Shown: positions 7,693 through 16,443, counted from the stretch's first letter. The stretch is 38,125 nucleotides of DNA from Acidimicrobiaceae bacterium (GCA_041166365.1 JBEEFX010000277.1:1-38125); one strand, 5' to 3'. Numbers and translations are program-made. The notes: generated from the letters alone by a model not told the origin.

Positions 7693-8298
7693 CTGCCGGC
7701 CGAGCATCTCGTCGTCGGCCTCGGCAACCCCGGCGCGGAGTACGAGCGCAGCCGGCACAACTGTGGGGCCGAGACCGTCGCGTTGTTGGCGAAACGGCAC
7801 GGCGGCGCGCTCAAGCGCGACCGCGCCCGCGCGCTCGCGGGCGAGGTGACGATCGAGGGTCGGCGCGTCGCGCTCGCGTGGCCGCAGACGTACTACAACG
7901 ACTCTGGCATCGCTGTCGCGACACTGGCCCGGCGCTACGACCTGCTCGACACGGTCGAGCGCATCATCGTGGTGCACGACGAGCTCGACCTGCCGCCGGG
8001 CCGGCTCAAGGTCAAGGTCGGTGGCGGGCTGGCGGGCAACAACGGGTTGCGATCGATCAAGGCGCATCTGCACGACGACGGGTTCATCCGTGTCCGCATC
8101 GGTGTCGGCAAGCCCCCGGGTCGCGAGGAGGGGGCCAACCATGTGCTGCGCCGTCCGGGCAAGAAGGAGCGCACGGAGCTCGACGTCGCGATCGAGCAGG
8201 CGGCGGATGCGGTCGACATGATCGTGTGCGACGGTGTCGAAGCAGCCATGGGCGTCTACAACCGGACCGAGAACGGTGAGGAGCCCGATCAGCCCTGA
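7693..8298 (+). CDS. pth: Peptidyl-tRNA hydrolase (probable non-canonical CTG start)
   Basis: The frame reads LPAEHLVVGLGNPGAEYERSRHNCG directly after the rplY stop. Further motifs PQTYYNDSG, VVHDELDL, RVRIGVGKP. SD GAGGAG (7681-7686) lies 6 nt before CTG 7693. Confidence 0.93.
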   Translation: MPAEHLVVGLGNPGAEYERSRHNCGAETVALLAKRHGGALKRDRARALAGEVTIEGRRVALAWPQTYYNDSGIAVATLARRYDLLDTVERIIVVHDELDLPPGRLKVKVGGGLAGNNGLRSIKAHLHDDGFIRVRIGVGKPPGREEGANHVLRRPGKKERTELDVAIEQAADAVDMIVCDGVEAAMGVYNRTENGEEPDQP

Positions 8299-9641
8299 GG
8301 GTTGGGAACGGGGCCGGACGCCGCGCACAAGGCGTTGACGCCGTCGTTGTGCGAGCTCGGCAGCGACGGCGGCGTGAGGAACGCCGGAGCGTGATCGAAG
8401 TCGAGCGAGTCGAGCAGATCGTCGGCATTCGCGTCGCGTGCCGTGAGCGCCGGCAGGTTGAACTTTCGCTCGACGAACTTCAGGATCGACGTGTGGTCGT
8501 GAACGACGTGCGACACGTAGTCGCGCTTGGCCCACGGTGAGACGATCGCCGCGGGCACGCGGAAGCCGTACCGAGCGAAGTCGCCGGGGGCATCGTTCGG
8601 TCCGATCATCGGCGGGATGCCGTCGGGCGCGATCGCCGCAGGAGGCGCAACGTGGTCGTAGTAGCCGCCGTGCTCGTCGTAGCACCAGATCAGCAACGTC
8701 TTGGCCCAGCCCGGTCCGTTCATGACGGCCTGCACTGCTTTCGACGTGAACGCTTCGCCCAGCGTGATGTCCTCGCTGTTCTCCTCACTGGTCCGCTCGT
8801 AGTCGGGTTCGACGAGACAGAACGCGGGCAGGTTGCCGGCCGCGGCGTCGACGTAGAACTGGTCGATCTTCACGGCCTTGTCGCCATTCGCGTTGAGCAC
8901 CGGCAGGAACAACCCGACCGACGGCAGGTTCGTGTAGTAGTCCCGCCACGGGATGCTGTGCTTGTTGAGCTGGTCCATGATCGTTCCGCCCGCGGGCTGC
9001 GGACCGTTGAGCACGAAGTTCAAGTCGTTGTTGATCGATCCGAACGAGGTTCCCGCGAGCAGGTACCTGCGGTTCGGAAAGGTCTGCGCAAGGCACGAGC
9101 CGAACCAGCGGTCGCAGACCGGGAACGTGTTCGCCAGCGCGTAATAGAAGGGAATGTCGTCGCCGGTCCAGTAGCCCATCGCCACCGGTCCGCTGTCGCT
9201 CTGCACGAAGCCGCTCATCGCGCCGGCGGCGTACTGCTGGTGCGTGGCACCCCACGCCTGGCTCGGCTTGCGAGGCACCTGGCACGTGTTCGCCATGTGA
9301 AACGCCCGCAGCGGTTGGCCGGTCGCGTCGAGGTTCGAGTTCGTCGGCTTGCCGTCGGGGCCGCGAGTGAAGCCGTCGCCGCGGCCCAGCATGCCGAGAT
9401 AGTTGTCGTAGCTGTGGTTCTCCATCATCACGACGACGATGTGCTCGATCTGGGGGATGGTGTCGACACCTTCGGGCTTCGACGGGTCCGGACGGTCGCC
9501 CGCGGCGCGGAGCACTGTCGTCGTCGTGGTGCCCGCGGAGGACGACGACGACGAGACGTCTCCACCTTTCGAGCAGCTGTTGATCGCCAAGCCCACTGCG
9601 CCCGCGCCGAGCCCCGAAAGGAAGGTTCGTCTCGAGAGCAC
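8289..9641 (-). CDS. Phospholipase C / phosphoesterase family protein, Tat-exported (possible lipoprotein)
   Basis: SRRTFL twin-arginine motif and INSC lipobox-like Cys. Phosphoesterase motifs IEHIVVVMMENHSYDNYLG, TFPNR, YDEHGGYYDHV, GFRVPAAIVSPW, HDHTSILKF. Confidence 0.92.
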   Translation of the reverse strand: MLSRRTFLSGLGAGAVGLAINSCSKGGDVSSSSSSAGTTTTTVLRAAGDRPDPSKPEGVDTIPQIEHIVVVMMENHSYDNYLGMLGRGDGFTRGPDGKPTNSNLDATGQPLRAFHMANTCQVPRKPSQAWGATHQQYAAGAMSGFVQSDSGPVAMGYWTGDDIPFYYALANTFPVCDRWFGSCLAQTFPNRRYLLAGTSFGSINNDLNFVLNGPQPAGGTIMDQLNKHSIPWRDYYTNLPSVGLFLPVLNANGDKAVKIDQFYVDAAAGNLPAFCLVEPDYERTSEENSEDITLGEAFTSKAVQAVMNGPGWAKTLLIWCYDEHGGYYDHVAPPAAIAPDGIPPMIGPNDAPGDFARYGFRVPAAIVSPWAKRDYVSHVVHDHTSILKFVERKFNLPALTARDANADDLLDSLDFDHAPAFLTPPSLPSSHNDGVNALCAASGPVPNPQG

Positions 9642-9650
9642 GTTGCCGTT

Positions 9651-10802
9651 CTACTCGGGTTGCCCGAGCGCTCGTCGGTAGAACGCCACGGTCGCATCCG
9701 CAGTTGCGGCGATCTCGAAGGACGCCACAAACGTCCGATACGCCATTGCCGTACGCCGTGCGGCATCCGCGGGGCTCTCGAGCGTCGCCACGATCGCCTT
9801 GGCCAGGAGTTGCGGCTGCTCCGCGGGCACGAGGACTGCGATCTCCCCACCGAGCGCTTCGCGGATAGGAGCAAGATCTGTCGCCACGATGGGGGCCTCG
9901 AGCGCCATGGCCTCGATCAGCACACCACCGATGCCCTCCCATCGCGACGGCAGCACGAACACGTCCGCCGCGGCGAGGAGTTCGGGCACGTCGTCACGTT
10001 CGCCCAGCAGCGAGACGACATCGGCAATGCCGAGCTCGGCAACGAGCGACTCGAGATCGGGTGTCGCGTTGCCGGTGCGCCCGGCGACGACCACCATCAC
10101 CTTCGACGCGTCGTGCGTGATGTGGGGAACCGCTCGCAGCAGGACGTCGAGCCCCTTCTGGTACTCGTGCCGGGCGGCGGCCACCACCAATCGAGCGTCG
10201 TCGGGCACGCCCAGCCGGCGGCGGATACTCGCCGCTCGCTCGGGCGTGCGCCGGCCGAGCATCGCGGCGCTGCGACCGCGGGGGATCACGTCGATCCGCG
10301 CTCTCGAGACCCGGAGGCGCTCGGACATCGTGTCGGCCACGACGTCGGTCACGGCATGGAAGCGCACCACCCGCTTCGCCGTGAAGGCGTCGAGCCGTCG
10401 AGCGGCTCGAAGTCTCGACCGCCGTACTCCCGGATCGGCCAGATGCTCCGGTCCGTAGGACACGTTGACGAGGCTCGACACCACCGGTACGCGCGCGAGC
10501 CGCGCGGCGATCCGGCCGGCTTGGTCCGCCTCGAACAACGTCGTGTGGACGAGGTCAGGTCGCTGTGCTCGCAGCCATCGCAGCGTGTGCCGAATGTTGC
10601 CGATCCGGCTGCCGCCCTGCTCCGAGCCCAGAGCGGTCACCGGGATCCCGTCGGCCTGCAGTCTCGTGGCGAGGGGAGCAGCGCCGCCGAGGTAGGCCAC
10701 CTCGAGCTCGATGCCGCGCGCCCGCAATTCCGGTGCCAGCGCGACGAGCGATTGCTCTGCGCCGCCGGGGGCGAGACTGTCGATCAGTTGCGCCACCCGC
10801 AC
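9651..10802 (-). CDS. Glycosyltransferase family 4 (GT-B)
   Basis: MRVAQLIDSLAPGGAE, RHEYQKG, LAAADVFVLPSRWEGIGGVLIEAMA (EX7E motif). Confidence 0.92.
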   Translation of the reverse strand: MRVAQLIDSLAPGGAEQSLVALAPELRARGIELEVAYLGGAAPLATRLQADGIPVTALGSEQGGSRIGNIRHTLRWLRAQRPDLVHTTLFEADQAGRIAARLARVPVVSSLVNVSYGPEHLADPGVRRSRLRAARRLDAFTAKRVVRFHAVTDVVADTMSERLRVSRARIDVIPRGRSAAMLGRRTPERAASIRRRLGVPDDARLVVAAARHEYQKGLDVLLRAVPHITHDASKVMVVVAGRTGNATPDLESLVAELGIADVVSLLGERDDVPELLAAADVFVLPSRWEGIGGVLIEAMALEAPIVATDLAPIREALGGEIAVLVPAEQPQLLAKAIVATLESPADAARRTAMAYRTFVASFEIAATADATVAFYRRALGQPE

Positions 10803-10813
10803 GAGTGGGAACC

Positions 10814-11266
10814 CTACGAGGCTTCGGCCGCCGCCTTGAGCTTGGTGAGCGTCTGCTCCATGCCTCGCACCATGTCGGCTTCGCGCTCCGACCACGGCAG
10901 CCCGGTACCGACCTTGGTGAAGAACCGGCCGATCGCGCCCGGCTCCTTCACGATCTCGAAGGACTCGGTGACATCGGTGCCGGCACCCGCCGGCTCGAAG
11001 CAATAGCGCCATTTGGTGCCGCCGTTGCCGACGTCGAACGCGAACTCGCGACCAGGGCTGGCGACGGTGACCGTGCACTTCGTGCTCCAGCCACTCTTGC
11101 GCTTGTTCTTGCCCTTGAACCGGCTGCCGACGGCGGCCGCGCTCGCGCCGCCCAACCATTCGCCGCCGGTGTTCTCCGGGCTCCACTCACCCATGCGGGT
11201 GATGTCGGAGACCATCGCGTACACCGCCTCCGGGCTTGCCTCGATGTGGATCCTTGCCTCCCCCAT
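10814..11266 (-). CDS. SRPBCC (polyketide cyclase/START) family protein
   Basis: IEASPEAVYAMVSDITRMGEWSPE and C-terminal GMEQTLTKLKAAAE. Confidence 0.9.
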   Translation of the reverse strand: MGEARIHIEASPEAVYAMVSDITRMGEWSPENTGGEWLGGASAAAVGSRFKGKNKRKSGWSTKCTVTVASPGREFAFDVGNGGTKWRYCFEPAGAGTDVTESFEIVKEPGAIGRFFTKVGTGLPWSEREADMVRGMEQTLTKLKAAAEAS

Positions 11267-11277
11267 GGCCGCGGACA

Positions 11278-12378
11278 CTAGGCCTGCAACCGATAGAAGC
11301 GGAACATGTCGTGCTCGATCGGTAGTACCTCGACGGTGGTGAAGCCCGCATCGGTCGCGTAGCGCTCGAGGGTCGCGGTGCGCAGGAGCGTGCCGGTGGC
11401 CGCACTGTCGGCCTCGCTGCGTCCAACGAGCAGGCAGTGCAGCACGCTGGCCGCGTACATCAGACGCTGCATCGGATCCGGATCGTTCGGTGTCATCTCA
11501 TCGGCCGCTCGTTCGTCGACGATGAACACGGTTCCGCCCGCAGCGAGCATCGAATGCATGGCGCGCAGCGCTTCGACGGGATGGGCCATGTCGTGCAGCG
11601 CCTCGAAGCAGCACACGAGATCGTACGAGCCTGCGGGCGCCTCGGCCGCGTCGCGCACCTGGAACCGGATGCGATCTTGCAAACCCTCCGCGGCGGCGTT
11701 GTGGCGCGCATCGGCGATCGATGGCTCATCGAGGTCGTAGCCGTCGACCTCGATGTCGGGATACGACCGCCCGAAAACGATCGACGACCATCCGCAGCCA
11801 CACGCGATGTCGGCAACACGGGCGCCGCCGGCCTCGAGCTTTGCGACGACGTCAGGCATCGCGGGAAGCCACGACGACGCGAGCAGGCTGGCGAACTGCG
11901 GACGGTTGGCCGCGGCCTGGAACTCGCGGATGCCGTCGCCGAACTCGCCGAAGGACAACCCGCCTCCCGTGCGATAGGCGTCGACGATCCCGTCGATGAC
12001 CGTCGGGGCCGCGACCGCCAGCGATGCCATCGGCGCGACGAAGGCGAGGCTCTCGGGATCGAGCAGGCACGCCCGTGCTGCGATCGGCAAGCTGAACACG
12101 CGATCGTCCGCGTCGCCGGACGGTGTGGGATCGGCGTCGACGACGATGATGCCGGCGGTCGCCTGCTGCTCGAGCCACTCACGCGCGTACCGAGCGTCGA
12201 TGTCCGACCGCTTCGCCAGTTCGGGCGGCGTGGCTGGACCGTCGGCGAGCGCCTGGTAGAGCCCGAGCCGCATGCCCAGCTCGACCGTCAGGAGCTCGAG
12301 GTTGCCGATGGCGGCCATGGCCATTCGCATGGCGAACTGGCCGATCGCTTCTTCTGTCGACTCCGTGACCACTGCCAT
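11278..12378 (-). CDS. Class I SAM-dependent methyltransferase with N-terminal winged helix (Rv2258c-like)
   Basis: LGMRLGLYQALA, RYAREWLEQQA, ADIACGCGWS, YDLVCCFEALHDMAHPV. Strong RBS AGGAAGGAG. Confidence 0.92.
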   Translation of the reverse strand: MAVVTESTEEAIGQFAMRMAMAAIGNLELLTVELGMRLGLYQALADGPATPPELAKRSDIDARYAREWLEQQATAGIIVVDADPTPSGDADDRVFSLPIAARACLLDPESLAFVAPMASLAVAAPTVIDGIVDAYRTGGGLSFGEFGDGIREFQAAANRPQFASLLASSWLPAMPDVVAKLEAGGARVADIACGCGWSSIVFGRSYPDIEVDGYDLDEPSIADARHNAAAEGLQDRIRFQVRDAAEAPAGSYDLVCCFEALHDMAHPVEALRAMHSMLAAGGTVFIVDERAADEMTPNDPDPMQRLMYAASVLHCLLVGRSEADSAATGTLLRTATLERYATDAGFTTVEVLPIEHDMFRFYRLQA

Positions 12379-12409
12379 GGCGGTCTCCTTCCTCGTGAGT
12401 TCGACACGA

Positions 12410-12439
12410 GGCGCCAGAACGTGGGTGGCGATGCCAGAC
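12410..12439 (-). promoter_or_regulatory. 30-bp motif copy 1 (GTCTGGC-N14-TCTGGCGCC), candidate operator upstream of the methyltransferase
   Basis: The reverse complement gtctggcatcgccacccacgttctggcgcc matches 15551-15580 at 22/30 positions. Confidence 0.55.
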
Positions 12440-12460
12440 CGGAGCTACCGTCGATCCTCC

Positions 12461-15400
12461 GTGGGCCAGCTGGAGGTCTTGCGCGAAGCGGTGCACGCTG
12501 CGGCCGGTGGCCGGGGCTCGCTCCTCTTCGTGACCGGCGAGGCAGGAATCGGGAAGACGACCGCGGCACAGGGCGTGGCCACTGCGGCCGCGGCCGCCGG
12601 CGCCGAGGTGCTGTGGGCTGCGTGTTGGCAAGACGATGTCCTGGCGCATGCGCCGTGGCGAGCGGTGCTCGCGGACCTCGGCGATCGCGGCATCGTCGCC
12701 TTGTCCGTGCTGTCCGGCAACGAGCAACTCGATCCCACGGCGGCAGGCGCCGCTCGGGCAGGCGCGTACATGCGCGTGGTCGACGCCCTCACGGCGCTCG
12801 CTCGTCGGCGACCCATCGTCCTCGTCCTCGACGATCTGCATTGGGCTGACGACGGAACCGTTCGTCTGCTCGCGGCTCTGCGCGGTCGGTTGCCGGCTTC
12901 GCCGATGCTCGTCGTCGGGACCTATCGGGACAACGAGGTGACCTCTGACTCCGCGTTGGCGGCTGTTGCTGCTGGTGCGGATCGCATCGCGCTCGAGCCG
13001 CTCGCGGCACGGGAAGTGGCGGCAGTCATCGAGGCAGCACTGGGTCGCGCGCCGGACGATCGCACCGTCGCCGACGTGCTGCGGCGTACCGGCGGCAATC
13101 CCTTCCTGGTCGTGCAGGTGAGCCGGCTGCTGGCCAGCGGCCGAGACGACTTGCTGCCAGCCGGAGCGCGGGATGTCCTCAGCCGTCGGCTGGACGCCCT
13201 GGCCCCAGATGTGCGATCGGTGCTCGACGCCGCGGCCGTGCTCGGTGGCCCGTTCCGTCCGTCGACCGTCGCACGCGTCGGCGGGACCGACGGGGCGGCA
13301 ACACTCAACTCGCTCGACGTCGCCGCGGCCGCTCGTATCGTGCATGCGTCGTCTGCGCCCGGTGAATGGGAGTTCGTGCACGACCTCTTCCGGCAGGCCG
13401 CGCTCGACGCGCTGCCGAGTGCCCGCAAGGTGCAGCTGCACGCGGCTGCGGCATCCGCTCTGGTCGAGCTCGGCGCCGATCCGGCGACGATCGCCCACCA
13501 TCTGCTGTCGGCCATCACCGGCCCGGACATGGACGCGGCCCGCTGGGCGATGCGGGCCGCTGACGCGGCGCTCGACGCATTCGCGTGGGAGGAAGCTGCG
13601 GTGCACGCGGAGCGAGCATTGGCGGTGCTGCCGTCGGGTGGGATCGCCGACGAGCTGCGCGCCGAGGCGTGGCTCACCTTCGGACGGGCTCGCCTCTTGT
13701 CTGGCGATCGCGATCATGCCGTGTCGGCGTTCACCACTGCGGCGGCGCTCGGTCGTTCGTTGGGCGCCGCCGACCTCTTGGCCCGCGCTGCGTTGGGGTT
13801 CGCCGCCGATCTGGGTGGCTTCGAGATCCATCTGTTCGATCAGCGGCAGATCGATCTGCTGGAGGAGGCCGCCGCGGCGCTCGGTGTCGCCGGAGATCCG
13901 GGGATGCGGGCCCGCGTCCTCGCGCGGCTGTCGGTCGCGTTGTCGTTCGCGGCACCGACCGAACGCAGGCTCGCGCTCGCCGAGCAGGCGGTTGCCCTCG
14001 CGCGTTCGAGTGCCGACGCGCTGACCCTGGCCGGCGCGCTCGCTGCGCATTGCGATGCCATCGCCGGTCCGGACGACGTCGAGCGCCGTCTGGCCGAGTC
14101 GACCGAGATCATCGAGCTGGCCGAGGTCGCGGCGGACGGCGGTCTCGAGCTGTTGGGGCGACGCTTGCGATTCGTGGCCCTACTGGAGGCAGGCGACGTG
14201 CCGGCGGCGATCGCCGAGATGTCGGCCTTCGCTCGCCGGGCCGCCGAAGTCGGCAACCCCCTGTACTCGTGGTATGTCCCACTGTGGCGCGGGATGTGGG
14301 CGCTGGCCGCTGGGGACGTTGCCACCGCCGAGGAGGCCGCCGCGGAGGCGGCGCACATCGGTGAGCGTGCTGGTAGCGAGAACGCGCCGATGCTCGCGAC
14401 GGTGCTGCGCGCGGAGCTGGCGCATGAGGCTGGTCGCGTCGACCAGATGGCTGCGTTGCTCGACGAGGTCACGGGCGTGATGGGTGAGCTCGCGCAGTCC
14501 GCCCAGGCCTTCGGGAGCATGGCGCGCTTCTTCGTGGACATGGGGCGGTCCGTCGAAGCCTCCGCGATCCTCGACCCGCTGCTGTCGACGGGGTTGGACG
14601 CCGTGCCGTTCGACGATGCCGAGTGGTTGCCGGGTCTGGTGACCATCGTCGAGGCGGCCGTGATGTTGCACCATCCGGTCCTCGCCGCCGCGGTCGACGC
14701 GTTGACACCCCACGCCGGCCGCGTCGCGTTCGAAGGTATCGGTGCCGCCCTTCACGGCTCGGTGGACCGGTTCATTGCCTTGGGGTTGACCGCGCTCGGA
14801 CGACCGGGTGACGCGGTTCCGTACGCTCGTGCCGCGCTCGACGCCAACCGCGCCGCGGGCGCGCTGCTCGGCGCTCATTCACAGCGAGCGCTGGCCGACG
14901 CGCTGGGAGGAACGGTGGAAGCCTCCGAGCTCGCCGCCGCGGCGGATGCAACCTACGCGGTGCTGGGCCTTCATCACCTCGCGGAAGGCACACCCGTCAC
15001 CGCGACGCCCGATCCGCGGGAGGCCACGCTGCGCCGCGACGGCGACGTGTGGCACGTTTCCTTCGGTGGCTCCACCACCATCGTGAAGCACGTGAAGGGC
15101 ATGGCCGACCTCGCGTTGTTGTTGCCTCGCCCTGGCCTCGAGGTGCACGTCACGGAGCTCGAGGCACTGCCCGCCGGGTTGCGCAGCGCCACTCGTTCAT
15201 CGAGCCGCGACGAGACGCTCGACCGGCAAGCAGTCGCCGCCTATCGCGCTCGACTCCAGGAGCTCGACGACGATCTCGCCGAAGCAGAAGCCGCGAACGA
15301 CCTGGTGCGCGCGGAGCGAGCACGGATCGAGCGCGACTTCCTACTCGAGGAGCTGTCCTCGTCGCTCGGCCTCGGCGGACGCCCTCGGGCCAGCGGCCCT

Positions 15401-15592
15401 GACCCGGTCGAACGTCTGCGCAAGGCGATCACCTCCCGCATCCGTGACGCCATCCGGCGCGTCGAGGCGGCGCACCCGGCGCTCGGTCGACACCTCTCGA
15501 ACTCCGTCCGTACTGGCACGTTCTGCTCGTACCGGCCGGAGCATCCGGTCGTCTGGCGGTGCGAGTCGCGATCTGGCGCCCCGGAGGCGTGA
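12461..15592 (+). CDS. Large AAA/STAND-type ATPase, putative transcriptional regulator (alternative start ATG 12431)
   Basis: Walker A GEAGIGKTT, Walker B LVLDDLHWAD, TGGNPFLV, FVHDLFRQA, and Ala-rich helical/TPR-like repeats. The C-terminal domain reads KGMADLALLL...ERLRKAITSRIRDAIRRVEAAHPALGRHLSNSVRTGTFCSYRP. Confidence 0.88.
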   Translation: MGQLEVLREAVHAAAGGRGSLLFVTGEAGIGKTTAAQGVATAAAAAGAEVLWAACWQDDVLAHAPWRAVLADLGDRGIVALSVLSGNEQLDPTAAGAARAGAYMRVVDALTALARRRPIVLVLDDLHWADDGTVRLLAALRGRLPASPMLVVGTYRDNEVTSDSALAAVAAGADRIALEPLAAREVAAVIEAALGRAPDDRTVADVLRRTGGNPFLVVQVSRLLASGRDDLLPAGARDVLSRRLDALAPDVRSVLDAAAVLGGPFRPSTVARVGGTDGAATLNSLDVAAAARIVHASSAPGEWEFVHDLFRQAALDALPSARKVQLHAAAASALVELGADPATIAHHLLSAITGPDMDAARWAMRAADAALDAFAWEEAAVHAERALAVLPSGGIADELRAEAWLTFGRARLLSGDRDHAVSAFTTAAALGRSLGAADLLARAALGFAADLGGFEIHLFDQRQIDLLEEAAAALGVAGDPGMRARVLARLSVALSFAAPTERRLALAEQAVALARSSADALTLAGALAAHCDAIAGPDDVERRLAESTEIIELAEVAADGGLELLGRRLRFVALLEAGDVPAAIAEMSAFARRAAEVGNPLYSWYVPLWRGMWALAAGDVATAEEAAAEAAHIGERAGSENAPMLATVLRAELAHEAGRVDQMAALLDEVTGVMGELAQSAQAFGSMARFFVDMGRSVEASAILDPLLSTGLDAVPFDDAEWLPGLVTIVEAAVMLHHPVLAAAVDALTPHAGRVAFEGIGAALHGSVDRFIALGLTALGRPGDAVPYARAALDANRAAGALLGAHSQRALADALGGTVEASELAAAADATYAVLGLHHLAEGTPVTATPDPREATLRRDGDVWHVSFGGSTTIVKHVKGMADLALLLPRPGLEVHVTELEALPAGLRSATRSSSRDETLDRQAVAAYRARLQELDDDLAEAEAANDLVRAERARIERDFLLEELSSSLGLGGRPRASGPDPVERLRKAITSRIRDAIRRVEAAHPALGRHLSNSVRTGTFCSYRPEHPVVWRCESRSGAPEA
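15551..15580 (+). promoter_or_regulatory. 30-bp motif copy 2, candidate operator upstream of the GNAT gene
   Basis: gtctggcggtgcgagtcgcgatctggcgcc, 22/30 identical to the reverse complement of 12410-12439. Confidence 0.55.
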
Positions 15593-16344
15593 CCCTCACC
15601 GAGTTCGACACTCTGACGGCGCGATCGGCATGGAGCATGGCGGACCGCGCGCTGCATCACGCCAAGGCCGCCGGCCGGCCATGGTCGAGCGACGACGGGC
15701 TGGCGGTCGCCTGGCTCGGCGACCGCGGCATGTTCATCAACTCCGCGGTCGTGCTCGCCGCCCCGCGGGACTGGGACGAGGTGCTCGCCAGAACCGAGTC
15801 TGTGATACCGGCGGGCGTGCCGGCCACGCTGCTCAGCCCGTACGACACCCCGGACCTGACCCGGAGCGGTTGGCAACTCGTCGGGCACCCGCCGTTGATG
15901 GCCCGGCTTCCCGGCGCGGCGGCGGCCCCGCCCGTCCCCGCGGAGCTGCGCATGCACGAGGTCGTCGATCAACCCGGGCTCGAGGTGTTCGAGCGCACGT
16001 TGGTCGACGGGTTCCCGCTGGCGGATCTGCAGCCGTACCAGTGGGGCCGGTTCTACGACGAGCGCATCCTGGGCGGTGCGACGCGACTGTGGCTGGGATT
16101 CGTCGACGGTCGCCCAGTAGCGACTGCGGCCGCCCACGTCGCCGCCGGTATGAACTGCGTGGAGATGGTCGCCACGATCGAACGCTTCCGGGGCCACGGC
16201 TATGGCGCGGCGGTCACGTGGGCGGCGACCACCGCGGATCCGACGTTGCCGGCGATCCTCGTCGCCAGCGATCCCGGCCGTCCGGTCTACGAGCGTCTCG
16301 GCTACACCGCCCTCACCAGATGGACCATGTGGCTTCGCCCCTGA
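15589..16344 (+). CDS. GNAT family N-acetyltransferase
   Basis: GTGA overlap with the regulator stop. Acetyl-CoA motif VATIERFRGHGYGAAV and GRPVYERLGY. Confidence 0.85.
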   Translation: MTLTEFDTLTARSAWSMADRALHHAKAAGRPWSSDDGLAVAWLGDRGMFINSAVVLAAPRDWDEVLARTESVIPAGVPATLLSPYDTPDLTRSGWQLVGHPPLMARLPGAAAAPPVPAELRMHEVVDQPGLEVFERTLVDGFPLADLQPYQWGRFYDERILGGATRLWLGFVDGRPVATAAAHVAAGMNCVEMVATIERFRGHGYGAAVTWAATTADPTLPAILVASDPGRPVYERLGYTALTRWTMWLRP

Positions 16345-16357
16345 CCGACGAAAACGA

Positions 16358-16407
16358 AAATCCCACTCGGACATACACACAATGTCTCTGTCTGAGTGGG
16401 GAATTGC
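16358..16407. repeat. 50-bp palindromic element AAATCCC-N34-GGGAATTGC (copy 1)
   Basis: Stem CCCACTCGGACA/TGTCTGAGTGGG. Ends and length are identical to 29690-29739. Confidence 0.6.
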
Positions 16408-16443
16408 GTCGGTGGACGCGCCGGTAGCCTCTGATGGCTGTCG

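Noticed and set aside
7783-8298. pth starting at TTG 7783, as in the ORF track
   Set aside because: It would omit the GLGNPG and RHN catalytic residues encoded in frame upstream.
12398-15611. 11-mer GAGTTCGACAC at both 12398 and 15601
   Set aside because: It is in direct orientation, unlike the inverted 30-bp motif, and made of common codons (Glu-Phe-Asp) in this genome. Likely chance.
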